Shown in pieces: positions 1-12,574 of a stretch of DNA of 64,000 nucleotides (the first letter of the stretch is position 1; the number at the start of each line of letters is the position of its first letter). The notes under the pieces were generated by a model. That model did no database searches, was not told the DNA's origin, and saw only the letters and a program-made list of their open reading frames with translations. The DNA is taken from the NCBI RefSeq assembly GCF_004010195.1, contig NC_057718.1:36006501-36070500 (forward strand), read 5' to 3'. Made by a program: the position numbers and the translations under genes. This stretch comes from Chiloscyllium plagiosum (taxonomy: Eukaryota).

Positions 1-89
1 TCGTCTTCGTCGTCGTCGTCTTCGTCGTCGTCTTCGTCGTCTTCTTCTTCTTCGTATCTAATTCTTCTTCGTCTTCTTGTCTCTCTCTG
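1..89. repeat. Compound (TCG)n/(TCT)n trinucleotide microsatellite
   Basis: tcgtcttcgtcgtcgtcgtcttcg... read directly. Confidence 0.9.
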
Positions 90-732
90 TTGTCTCTTAT
101 CTCAAGAGGGTTGGAATATAAAAGCAGAGATGTACTACTAAGACTTTATAAAGCTCTGGTTAGGCCCCATTTGGAGTACTGTGTCCAGTTTTGGTCCCCA
201 CACCTCAGGAAGGACATACTGGCACTGGAACGTGTCCAGCGGAGATTCACACGGATGATCCCTGGAATGACAGGTCTAACATATGAGGAACGGCTGAGGA
301 TACTGGGATTGTATTCGTTGGAGTTTAGGAGATTAAGGGGAGACTTAATAGAGATGTACAAAATAATACATGGCTTGGAAAAGGTGGATGCTAGGAAATT
401 GTTTCTGTTAGACGAGGAGACTAGGACCCGTGGACACAGCCTTAGAATTAGAGGGGGTCATTTCAGAACAGAAATGCGGAGGCATTTCTTCAGCCAGAGA
501 GTGGTGGGCCTGTGGAATTCATTGCCACGGAGTGCAGTGGAAGCCGGGATGCTAAATGTCTTCAAGGCCGAGATTGATAGATTCTTGTTGTCTCGAGGAA
601 TTAAGGGCTACGGGGAGAACGCTGGTAAGTGGAGCTGAAATGCGCATCAGCCATGATTGAATGGCGGAGTGGACTTGATGGGCCGAATGGCCTTACTTCC
701 ACTCCTATGTCTTATGGTCTTATGGTCTTATA
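90..732 (+). mobile_element. 5'-truncated CR1 LINE: ORF2 C-terminus, 3' UTR and (CTTATGGT)n tail; relatively young
   Basis: Open 182-aa ORF with LYKALVRPHLEYCVQFWSPH...LERVQRRFTRMIPG...RRLRGDLIE...RTRGH, typical of CR1 ORF2; CpGs retained; 8-bp repeat tail. Confidence 0.95.
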
Positions 733-749
733 TTATGTACCTAAGAACC

Positions 750-825
750 TTTGTACCTAAGTGGCGACTTGTAAACTTTTCACTGTGCTCATGTGAGTAC
801 ATGTGACAGTAAACCTAATTCAAAA
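750..825 (+). mobile_element. Possible 3' tail of a Rex1/Babar-like non-LTR element
   Basis: aacttttcactgtgctcatgtgagtacatgtgacagtaaa resembles such tails as I recall them. Confidence 0.3.
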
Positions 826-904
826 ACAGTGTTAACTGCAGTTACAGTACGTGTTGGTAATGCTTTTAAAAATGTGCAGTAATTTCTCCCATAATCCTTT
901 ACTT

Positions 905-1396
905 TAAAAGCATTCCTTTCCATATTCAATAGTAGAGCTGGGCATTACCCAGTCCACAGTGCCTCATGGATGCATCGCCTCGAGTTGCATTAACCTGTCC
1001 GAAATTATCACATTCAGCATGGTGGTAGAGTCACACATCAAGATGGAGCGTATTCTTAATGTGGAAGCAGACTTTGTTTCTACAGTTACTGTTCATCAAC
1101 AGATGCATTTCTACAGATTGGTCAGACTTAGGTCAAATGTGTCTTCTTGGTCGTTTATGATCTGTCACAGGTTCAGTCTAGCAACCGTGTCCTTTTGGAC
1201 TCAACCAGATCCATCAGTCTTGGTGGTAATGAGCCACTCATGATAATGGACATTGAAGTCCCTACCCATACTACATTCTGCACCCTTGCCACCATCAGTG
1301 TATCTTCCAAGTGCTACTGAACATGGAAGTGAACTGATTTGTCAGCTGATGGGGGAATAGTGGGTGGTAATCAGCAGGAGATTGCTTTGTCCATGT
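905..1396 (-). mobile_element. Degraded LINE apurinic endonuclease (APE) fragment
   Basis: Minus strand reads HGQSNLLLITT..PPSADKSV...ARVQNVVW..GDFNVH with stops and frameshifts; GDFN is the APE motif. Confidence 0.7.
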
Positions 1397-1585
1397 TGGA
1401 AAGATATAAAAAGATCTAAGGGGCAATGTTTTTCACGCAGAGTGTGGTACGTGTATGGAATGAACTACCAGAGGAAGTGGTCTAGGCTAGTACAATGGCA
1501 ACATTTAAAGGGCATTTGGATGGGTATCTGAATAGGAAGGGTTTGGAGGGATATGGGCCAGGTGCTGGAAGATTGGACTAGATTC
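1397..1585 (+). mobile_element. CR1 3' fragment
   Basis: Closely matches 8228-8411 (ctaaggggcaa...ggaagggtttggagggatatgggcc). Confidence 0.85.
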
Positions 1586-1794
1586 AAATTCAAGTGCACA
1601 TTGTCTGGTCTGCAGCTACTAGGCTGATTGCATAATGTCTGTCTGTAGCTGCAGCCTGTCTGGATTCTGCAGCATGTTTATTCCAGTGTCTTTGAGCACA
1701 GTTACCTTTGGCCAAAGCTTATTTCCCTTTCCCAGCATGCCTCATTTATTGTCCATTCTTCATAAATCTATAATTTTGAACAGCCCATCCGACC

Positions 1795-1925
1795 ACAGAT
1801 TAAAGGGTATGGGCAAACGGGTATGAATAGGATGATCAGCCATCTTCATATTGAATAGCGGAGCAGGCTCGATGGGCTGATTGGCCTACTTCTGATCTGA
1901 TGTTCTTTAGTTCCATGTTTCTATT
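1795..1925 (+). mobile_element. Old CR1 3' UTR fragment
   Basis: gatcagccat...gaatagcggagcaggctcgatgggctgattggcctacttctg, similar to 647-710. Confidence 0.65.
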
Positions 1926-2705
1926 TCACAGCTTCCAGTTCTTAAGGTACAGATGTTCCTGCTGTTGTGTTCTGCAGACTGTACTTAAACAATAATCAAT
2001 ATGACTGCCCAACCATGTAACTTCTGACTGATTCCTTTTCTTCTGTTTTAGTCAAGTGTTCCACCTGCTTGCTGATAAGGTGTTGAAACATTGAGATGAC
2101 TATTCAGATGCCTGCTCAACCTTGAATTTGAAGGGCAGTAGCAACCCTTTATCAGCAGTTAGGACCCAGGCATGTCTTGGTGTCTGTAGTGCTGTGGTGG
2201 TTGGATTCTGGGAATTAGGTTGCTTTCATCCTCTAGGCTGGCACCCTGCAGCCTCTAGGACCAGAAAGTTCGCCTAGGATTTTGATCTCAAGTTGACTAG
2301 CCTCAATTTGTTTTACTGTTTGAAGATAGTCATTCAGAGTGGACGGGCTTGAGACAATTTCTAAGTTCAATCCAGAAAGATTCAATTCAATTTGGAAATA
2401 TTGTTTTACATGGTCTCAGGATGTGAGCAGTTGACATTCTTATGTTGGAAGGCAACCTTTTGTTCGAACAAGACATTATGTCAGTATTTGAATTCACAGA
2501 TCAGGTCAGATGACCTTTGTCAGTATTCTTTTGCAACACATATTTACCATTGTGAAAGAAAAGACTGTTTCAAATGATTCTCCACAGAGTGGAGTTCATG
2601 TTTTAAGTGTTGTGAATATGACAGACCTTTACTGAGCATAATACATGAATATAGTAATGAAAGACTAATTGGCTACTGTTGATGATGCTCAGGATTAGAA
2701 GTAAA

Positions 2706-3043
2706 TCATAGAATGCCCACACAGTGTGGAAGCAGGCCACTCAGCCCATACCAATCCTCTAAAGAGTATTACACCCAGACCCACCCCATCTCTGTAACCT
2801 TGCATTTCCCATGGTTAATCCACCTAACCTGCACATCCCTGGACATGATGGGCAATTTAGTATGGCCAATCCACCTAACCTAGGCATCTTTAGACTGTGG
2901 AAGGAAATTGGACTACCCAGAGGAAACCCACACAAACATGGGAGAATGTGCAAGCTCCACATAGACAGTTACCCGAGGGTGGAATTGAACCTGGGTCTCA
3001 AGCACTGTGAGGAGTAGTGCTAATCACTGAGCCACCATGCTGT
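2706..3043 (-). mobile_element. HE1-type V-SINE
   Basis: Minus strand has a tRNA-like head (tggctcagtg A box, ggttcaattcc B box), a V-domain core (gtgggtttcctc...ccacagtc.aaagatg..aggttagg..attggcca..ctaaattgccc) and a CR1-like tail. Confidence 0.9.
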
Positions 3044-5390
3044 CAATGTAGAAACAGTATCTAAAAATAGTTAAATATGACCCAGAGAACTAAACTCCCA
3101 TCATTCAAAAGCAAGGATGATATATCTGCAGCTGTGGCTTAATAAATTGTCAACATGGATTTATAGAAGAGTCCTGCTTAATAAATGTTCTTGAGGATGT
3201 TTATGGACATTCAACATTTATGCATAATTTGGATCATTTTGGATGGGTGGTTAAGTTGTACCAAATGATATTGCTCATCTGTATTTTCTTGTAATTTGCT
3301 TTTAATTTGTTATTCACATACTTATGAACAGACAATTGATGATTCCACGCAATTTCTGTAGATCAACCTGAGATCTTTGTATACGGGTTAATGTTTTTAA
3401 AACCATGGAGCTAAGCTACAGCTTCAAAATGAGCAGTTTATTTTGTCCTTGTTGATGGCAACATTCTTGCTAGTTCATTTTCAATGTTATATTGTTGTGA
3501 TTTAGGGAAAATAGTCATGTGTGGCAATCGAAATATCACAACTGACTTCGATGGGAGGATGAAATCAGCAACAATTTCTACTTCTCATCACTACCTGTGA
3601 CCTTTGTTTGAGGTTAATGCACGTGAACATCAGTTGAAAGATCAAGCTAGGCTATGAAGCATCTAATGATAAGTAGCTTTCCTTTCATAATGAGAATGTC
3701 CATTTTGTAAGGTGTTGGTTTGCCTTCGGTATAGTAAAATGGGATGAAAATTGGCAAAAATAAGAAAAACACAACAAATAAAGAAGACAGGTTTTGTGTA
3801 CCAATGATTTCAGTCAAGTGTGTCATCAAACCTATATACATATAATAAATAAGATGCAGGAAGATGCCTTTACATTTTATATTGTCATAGTACAATGATT
3901 TCTAATTTTTAAATTTTTATTCTTGTTATGCTATATTTTTAATATGATTTTATTTTTCTCTTGTATTGTTGACTGATTACAATAGATAATATTTCCTTCT
4001 CTATGATGTACGAATGCCTGTGATTTCCAGATCTCTATTTCCACACACAGATGATGTTGTTGACCTTGTTTTCCAAGCCAATATTATAAAGGCAAAAATT
4101 ACATCGTTTACAGAACATGACACTGATGTAAATCAGTTGAGTCTGTATAGAATGAAAGATTAAATTTTCACTAAAATTTAAAGGGAAATGCTCTCTTTAT
4201 ACTTGTAGCATTATTACAACAGTTCATTCACAAGTAGTTCATATTTTCTGACCATATTTCTAAACCAAGTCTGGAGAAATGCAAACTGGGAGTACACCAA
4301 ATTAATCAGGATGGAAATGTAGCTTGCACAGTGGAACAGAAGGAAAATTTGTTGTTGTTAATACTTTAGCACATTACATATAGACTAAAAACGCAAAACC
4401 TAAGTCCTTTTTATTTATACTTCTGTAGGATGTGGATATTACTGGCAGGGCCCACATTTGTTGTCTATCTCAAGATGCATTTAAACTAAGTGGCTCTTAG
4501 GCCATTTCAGAATCAACCATTTTTCTGTGTTTCTGAAGCAGAATATATTTGTTTTTTGTGGGCTCCTCTTGAGACTTTTGCGAGGGCTACGTATTTGATT
4601 TTGGGGTTACTATTTCATTCTCAGTGATTCTTTTATTAATTGATGTGGTTGTGTATTAACAATACCTTCTGAAAATGTGCTGATGTATGAGGTATTTGGG
4701 CTCACAGAAACAGAATTAGAAGAATTAATCAATATCCTCAATTACCAACTGTCTGTTAAAGCTACAAAATACAAGGATAGCATTAATTTCCTAGATAGCA
4801 CAATATTTAAATTGGCATAACGGATGTAAGTTATGGACAGATTCTTTTTTCAAAATAAATGATATCACATCTACAAACAAAAAGAAACTACCCTAAACAC
4901 ACCTAGATTGCTGCATCCTCACAAAGCTGGAATATTTTAATCAGGCATTTAGTACTATTTTTATTGCATCTCAGATGTAAAATTCACAATTAACAAGGTA
5001 TTCATTACAATAACATCCACTACGCTCTCCTTGCACTCCCCCAATATTGAGTAGCACATGAACAAACACAATCTTAAACTACAAATTTCACATTCTGCAC
5101 GTAATCCATTATCTGCATGATTGCAAGTTTTTTCTAAACTCCAGTTAGCGGTGTGTTGACAGATATGAAACCATTTTCTTTGCAGCATCCCTTTCTATAT
5201 CTTTTATAGCCTCTCTCTGTCTCTCTTTCTCTGGTCCCTGTTTCAACCTCCGTTTCTCCTCACTCATCCCTTGCAGCCTCCCTGAATCTTTCCATCACCC
5301 CTTATATATAGACTCTCATCCTTTTCCCATCCACCTCTTCCAACCACCCTGTCTCTCTCACCACCACTGCAATATTCCTCTTTCTCCCAA

Positions 5391-5548
5391 GGATGTGGCA
5401 CTGGAAAAGCACAGCAGGTCAGGCAACATCCGAGGAGCAGAAGAATCGACGTTTCGGAATAATCCCCCTCCCAAAACGTTGATTACCCTGCTCCTTGGAT
5501 GCTGCCTGACCTGCTGTCCTATTCCAGCATCTGCAGTCCTCACTTTCT
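5391..5548. mobile_element. Short palindromic Penelope-derived element (inverted pLTR arms)
   Basis: ctggaaaagcacagcaggtcaggcaacatccgaggagcag is inverted as ctgctccttggatgctgcctgacctgctgtcctattccag; same family as 29035-29254. Confidence 0.8.
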
Positions 5549-5889
5549 TACTCGCAATACCCTTGCAGCCATCCTCTTTCTGCACCCCCTCCCCCATCTC
5601 CCCATTTCAGATTCCTCAGATCCTTCCAATCTTCCCCACCTCTCTTGCAGCCTCTTCCTTCTCCATAACCAACTGACCACCAATCACTCCCTAGTCCCTA
5701 ACCCTGGAGGGCAGATGGTGGCCTCAGCAAAAGGGTTGCTCCCAAACAACATCACCTTTTCGCCGATGGCTTTTCTCTGATTGCTGTCCTGCAAGTGAGG
5801 TTTCCATGGTGTTTCGGGAACTTCTGACAGTGGATTCACTTGCTGTTCCCATTTTCCAAATGCAGCTCTGGAGAATACATGGGCATGCC

Positions 5890-6126
5890 AGGCAAGGGTG
5901 GCAGATTCCTTTCGCTGAAGAGCATGAGTGAATCAGAGTTTTTTTTTAAACACCAATTATTGTTAAGGTTGCCATTACTGAAACCAGATTTATATTCATC
6001 ATTTATTGACTGAATTCAATACTCCTGTTGTGATGGGATTTAAATGGATTTAAACTTGTATTTTGGGAGCATTAGCCTAGGCTTTTGGATTAGTCGAGTG
6101 ATATTACTTCTTCTCCACTGTCTCGC
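5890..6126 (-). mobile_element. Degraded tRNA-derived SINE (family B; name not assigned)
   Basis: Aligns by eye to 9745-10103, 46895-47279 and 59883-60200. Confidence 0.6.
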
Positions 6127-7631
6127 TATATCATTTCATATTAAAAAACATATATAGAAATTGTTTAGAAATAATGTAACACTCTACAGGAATGTCAGTT
6201 TTTCATACACAATTTCTATATTCCTTAGACTGTGTTAGCTCAAATTTGCAACTGAGAACCAGAAAATGCAGCTTTATACATTTGATACCTAAGTGTTGTT
6301 TATAGATTGCCTTTCCCCCAACATGGAACAGAAAATAATGATCTGTATATTGAACATAATACAGATGTTTCTTTTCTTGTAATTGTTAAATATGAAAAAT
6401 AACTTTTGACAATGCTATTTACATTAAATCTCGATTCTTGCAGGTGTTTTATGTAAGATGTCAGTCAATCAGCAGTGTAGCCATGGCAACTGAAGCATGC
6501 TGTACCATTTGTTATATAATATGTTATCATGATAATATAAAAGGTTGATTTCTGTTGCATTTATTATTATTCTTTAGGTATTTAACATTCACCTTTATCC
6601 AAGATTAACTACTCTATACAGTCTATGCTGTACCACACATGTATTAGATATTTGCCAGCAATGGAAACTTAATTTAGGGTTTTCGGAGACACACTCATAA
6701 ACCAGGGTCCTTTCAGGATCACTGTTTGCTTTGGAACACAATACCTCATCTGGGGTCCATACAGAAAAGAGGGAAGTTTTCATCATTCCCTTGAATTAAT
6801 TGCTAATGTACAGAAACTTAGAATCTGGAAAGATCATGAGTTAAGTTCACTACCTTATGATGATACATAAAGGAAAATTAATGTGGTTTTATAGGGAACA
6901 GAATTTACGCAAAAGATATTAAACCAGAACTGTTGTCCATGTGCCATGCAACATTTTACTATGGAGAAATGTAGGGCTGCTGAGACAATGTGCATTACAG
7001 GCCTAGTAAACTTTCATCAGAGGCATTAAATGTTATATGGACATTAACTTCCCTGGACTTGATCATTTTTAGATTCACAACAGCTCTGATGCTGATTGTG
7101 TCTGTATAAAATGGGTGCATAAGACACTGAGAGCTGGCCTGCTGAATTCTTGAAAGAGGATCATTGTTGAGTTTTTTGTTTACAGTTTCAGTTCAGAACT
7201 TCTTATTTCTTTTACAGGCATTTTGTTATAATTTTTGAGGACAGTGCATTTGCATTTTTTTTTGTTTCCTTCCGCTGCATTTTGAAGTGGAACTCAAATG
7301 GGGGACTGTAGATGAAGAAAGCAGTCCTTTGTGGGGAGGTCTGACAGCACCTGTATACATTCAGCATGCCAATCTCAGTACACATTGCAATGCTAATATT
7401 CCACCTCAGCTGTAGAGACTTTTGATGTCACCATCAAGTATATTTAGTTTCCAAGAAGCCAACCCCTGCAATTCACCTGTTCCATCCAAATGTATTGCTC
7501 ACAGCAGAGTGTTGCATCCAAATTGTACCCACCTTAGAACGTGTCAACTTACAGATAATTCTGCTGTAACGCAGTAGTTGAGTTCCCTTGCATCACCATG
7601 TTATAGAAAATTGTACAATAGAAATAATGGG

Positions 7632-8489
7632 GCCACTTCAGATTACAACAGGATCTTGATCAGATGGGCCAATGGGCTGAGAAGTGGCAGATGGAGTTCA
7701 ATTTGGATAAATGCGAGGTGCTGCATTTTGGCAAAGTAAGTCTTAGCAGGACTTATACACTTAATGGTAAGGTCCTTGGGAGTGTTACTGAAAAAGAGAC
7801 CTTGGAGTGCAGGTTCATGGTTCCTTGAAAGTGGAATTGCAAGTAGACAGGGTAGTGAAGAAAGCGTTTGGTATGCTTTCCTTTATTGGCCAGAGTATTG
7901 AGTACAGGAGTTGGGAGGTCATGTTGCGGCTGTCCAGGACATTGGTTAGGCCACTGTTGGAATATTGCGTGCAGTTCTGGTCTCCTTGCTATCGGAAAGA
8001 TGTTGTGAAACATGAAAGGGTTGATAAAAGATGTACAAGGATGTTGCCAGGGTTGGAGGATTTGAGCTATAGGGAGAGGCTGAACAGACTGGGGCTGTTT
8101 TTCCTGGAGAGGTGACCTTATAGAGGTTTACAAAATTGTGAGGGGCATGGATAGGATAAACAGACAAAATCTTTTCGCTGGGATCGGGGAGTCCAGAACT
8201 AGAGGGCATAGGTTTAGGGTGAGAGGGGAAAGATATAAAAGAGACCTAAGGGGCAACTTTTTCACGCTAAAGGTGGTACGTGTATGAAATGAGCTGCCAG
8301 AGGAAGTGGTGGAGGCTGATACAATTGCAACATTTAAGAGGCATTTGGATGGGTATATGAATAGAAAGGGTTTGGAGGGATATGGGCCGGGTGCTGGCAG
8401 GTGGGACTAGATTGCGTTCGGATATCTGGTCAGTATGGATGGGTTGGACCAAAGGGTTTGTTTCTGTGCTGTACATCTCTATGACCCTC
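7632..8489 (+). mobile_element. CR1 LINE 3' portion (RT C-terminus to tail)
   Basis: KWQMEFNLDKCEVLHFG, LGVQVHGSLKV, LVRPLLEYCVQFWSP; tail ctctatgaccct. Confidence 0.95.
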
Positions 8490-8853
8490 TGGGAAAAACA
8501 GGGTTAGGGGCAAACCACCAAAACTATCAGAAAAAATTGAAACAAAAATAATAGTTAGCTTAACACAAATGATAGCACAGTCTTAGTACATTCTTAAATC
8601 ATAAACTTTAATGAAATAATACAGTGAATTTAACATTTTAATCCTAAAATCACTGACTACAGCACTGTACTGTTCATGAAGCTCCTCACCAGAAAGCGTG
8701 TGTGCTCGCTGGCCACATGATTCTGATGTAGAGTCTAATCCTCCGTGCACCACAACACCTAGTGCCAGAGATGAGAATTAAATAACAGCGAATAGGGGTT
8801 CACTTTATAAAAAAAAGTCGTCAATTCACAAATCGCATTACAGCCAAATTATG

Positions 8854-9138
8854 ATTAGATTAGATTAGATTAGATTCCCTACAGTGTGGAAACAGACCCT
8901 TCGGCCCAACCAGTCCACACCGACCCTCTGAAGAGTAACCCACCCAGATCCATTTCCCTCTGACTAATGCATCTAACACTATGGGCAATTTAGCATGGCC
9001 AATTCACCTGACTGGCACATCTTTGGACTGTGGGAGGAAACCAGAGCACCCGGAGGAAACCCACACAGACACGGGGAGAATGTGTAAATTCCACACAGAC
9101 AGTTGCCCGAGGCTGGAATCGAAGCTGGGACCCTGGTG
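8854..9138 (-). mobile_element. HE1-type V-SINE (head truncated) with (ATTAG)n tail
   Basis: V-domain core and TCTAA-repeat tail on the minus strand. Confidence 0.9.
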
Positions 9139-9744
9139 CTTATATTTAAGAAATACGCATTATAGGAGAACAACTGTACATTATTCTGTTTCTGAGGCTA
9201 GAGGGTACCTTCACATTGATGGAATAAATGCCTTCCCCATTGATATAATACTCATCAGCTACTGAAACCCTGCACTTTTGGAAAGTCTACCATCTGGTTA
9301 AATTTCTGTGTCCTCTCATGCTGTTGGTTCTGTTCCACAGGGAAAGTGAGTACAATATTTCCACTGAACACAAGGCATCCATCATGTTTTAAGCATCTGT
9401 GGATTGAGACTGAGTGAATCAGCAAATGCCATCAATAGTGGCTTGGAGAAAATCTGCGTCACATTGAAAACTAAGGCATAGTAAACTTCACAGCAACAAT
9501 GTGGCTACCCCTGTGGTATTCTGAAAGTCAGGCTTGAGCTGCCAGCATAATTCCTCAAAGCTCTTCCTTATGGAATGCAAAAAGCATAGGTAAATGATTT
9601 CAAATCATCACAAGTAGCTTTAAATATGTAGCACTTTGGAGCAAGAGTAAACAGGAGCTCAAGACCTGGGGAAAAACTCACATCCATTCATGACATCTAT
9701 CTGAACTATTCCCATTATCCATTGAATTTTTCTTCTCTTTATTC

Positions 9745-10103
9745 TGTCATGGGATGTGGGTATCATGGGCAAGGTGAGGATTTTCTGCCTGTTCTAAGTT
9801 ACCTTTGAATTGAATGGCTTGCGAGACTAATTAGAGTCATCCACAATGCTGTCGGTTTGGAGTCACATGGAGACAAACCAGAAAAGGATTGCAGATTTTC
9901 TTCTCTAAAGGGAATTAGCAAACTGAACCAGATGGGTTTTTACAAAAATAGTTGCCATGGTAACCATCACTGAGACTTGGTTAATATTTTACATTTATTC
10001 TCTGAATTCATTTCTACCACCTGCTTTAGGGAGATTTGAACCCATGCTCCCAGGACATGGATTGCTTGTTGAGAGACCTTACCACAATGTCACCATCTCC
10101 CCA
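9745..10103 (-). mobile_element. tRNA-derived SINE (family B)
   Basis: Minus head gggagatggtgacattgtggtaagg...gggttcaaatctcc; body shared with 46895-47279. Confidence 0.75.
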
Positions 10104-10194
10104 AATGAAATGGCCAGTGGGAGTTCCAATATGCTGATGTTGTATTCTTGATAAACACTTGTCCTTTAATAAACTGAAAGAAATCCCATGCATG

Positions 10195-10763
10195 TAGACG
10201 CCACTTTTAGAATACTGTGTTCAGTTCTGGTGTCCCTGCGATAGGAAAGATATTGTTAAACTTGGAGGCGTGCAGAAAAGACTTACAAGCATTGGACAGT
10301 TTGAACTATAGAGGGAGGCTGAGTAGGCTGGGACTTTTTTTATTGGATCATGATGGGCTGAGGGTATAAGTTATAAAGGTTTATAAAATCATGAGGGGCA
10401 TGGATAGATTGAATAGCCAAAGTCTTTTTCCCAGAGTAAGGGACTCCAAACCTAGAGAGCATAGTTTTAAGGTGAGAAGGGAAGATTTAAAAGGGATCTA
10501 AGTGGCAACTTTATCTAGCAGAGGGTGGTGCGTGTATGGAATGAACTACCAGAGGAAGCGGTGGAAACAGGTGCAATTACAACATTTAAAAGACCATTTG
10601 GATGGGTATATGAATAGGAAGGGTTTTTAGGGATATGGGCCAAATGCTCGTCAGTTAGGGCCAAATAGACCTGGATCACTTTAGGATATCTGGACAACAC
10701 AGACAAGTTGGACCGAAGGGTTTGTTTCCGTGCTGTATTGTTCAATGACACTATGGAGTCATG
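10195..10763 (+). mobile_element. CR1 3' fragment
   Basis: PLLEYCVQFW...; colinear with 7950-8489. Confidence 0.9.
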
Positions 10764-12574
10764 AAGTTGTGGTTTTTCATCTTTACAAAGTGCAAAATGC
10801 ACTGTTCTAACCTTTCCAATGATTAGGTAACCAGAAAATCTCAATAATAGAATTCCAAATAAACAAAGTGACTGGATGTTATTTGGAGCAATATTGTTTT
10901 CAAACTTCCTCTGCAGCAGCCCAAATGTCATGGTACAGCCCCTTTAAATTGTTGCGCAGAAAGAAACACTGACTGAAAAAAATGGTTTGCAAACCCACTC
11001 ACCACGCAACTCGCTCCCCCAAAACAAAAGAAAAAATTAATTCCAAGTGGTTTCATTGTAGTGACTTTCTGCTAAATGCTCTGCAATATTTGGTACTTTT
11101 TTTACAATCAGAATTAGCATTAATTATGCTTCGCGAATGGAGAGGATAAAATGTGTTTTTGTTTGATCATATTAAGTCGGAGTAGAATATCAGCTTTGCA
11201 ACCAATGAGATATTGAAAATTATTTCATCCCATGATATCACGAATTTGTAGAGTATTACACTGCAATTCTTCTGTATTAGCCAGAAGGAAGGTTTTTTTT
11301 TAATGAAATCCACATGAAATTGTCCACTACACAAGTAAATTTGGGATATTGAACCATTCTCAACTTGTACCATCTAACTCACTAACCTTGTGTTAGACAT
11401 CACTCACCAACTAAGGCAAGTGTACACGAGGCAGAGGCAGGCCATGGAGTCAGAGATTTAACTTGCTAATTATCATCAAATGTTCCATTGCTGAAATCAT
11501 GGGATGCTACCTATATCATATTTATATTTGGAAATAAGTTGTTTGGAAAAACATGCATTTATGAGAAATTAGGGTTTGAGTTTTCTGTTTGAGAGATCGG
11601 AGCAAGAATAGAATCAGCTCCTCAAGCAATTCTTCCATGCAATCAAGCTATGGTTGGTCCACTTTCTTAACTTAGTCATTCTTCCTTGATTCCTTACTTA
11701 TTCCTATCAGTTTCAACTTTAAAAAGTTTCAATGCATTTGGGAGCCACTCCTTGTATCTTTCTGTTCCCAACTGCACAGTTTACTGTGTCGACTCACTTG
11801 GTGCCATTGCAATATTACAAGTCTCTAGCCCTTTAGCCAGGCCATTTGTTAGTGTAGAGTGAAAACCTGAGGCCCCAATACACATCCTCCCAAAGAGAGA
11901 AACTTGCTGTTTCCTGTGCTGTCACCTACCTCCCACACAACTACCAACCATGTCATAAGGTTACCTTCAATTCTGTTAACGATGTTAACAAGTTAGCATT
12001 TTGTGGCATTTTTAAATTACTATCCCATTGAACACATCAGAGAGAGCAATTTGTTGTGAGCAAACCATTAAGGCCAAAATGTTAGTTCAGTGGATTTTTC
12101 AAAAAGTGATAGCGATAAAAGGCTTAAATTTTCACAGATAATTATGCTTCAGAGGTCATAGGAAGGAAAGCGAAACTTCACAGTTTAAAGGGTTCTCTAA
12201 AAAGTATGATTAAATGTCACACTTGACAGACACATTAAAGCTGATAGGTTTTATCACCTTATGAGTAAAGTTTCACTTCAAAGTAAAATATATAAACTTA
12301 TGGTAACTTCGCTACACCAAGAATATACTCTAGTTCACCTCATTTATGTAATTCTAAAACTTGATAACAAGAATTAAAAATACACAATGATTGTTAAAGA
12401 TGACTTGCAGGAATAGTTTACAAAATTTAATTAGAAATCTCCAAAAGAAATGAAGGATTTAAAAGGTGTTGTGAAAAGCTGCATGAAGAATGAAAATCAA
12501 AAATTGAAAGACTAAGAGTGGAAATCTCCCAGCCCTTGAACGATGTGAGCAATAGCAAGTCAACTGGGAAATAT

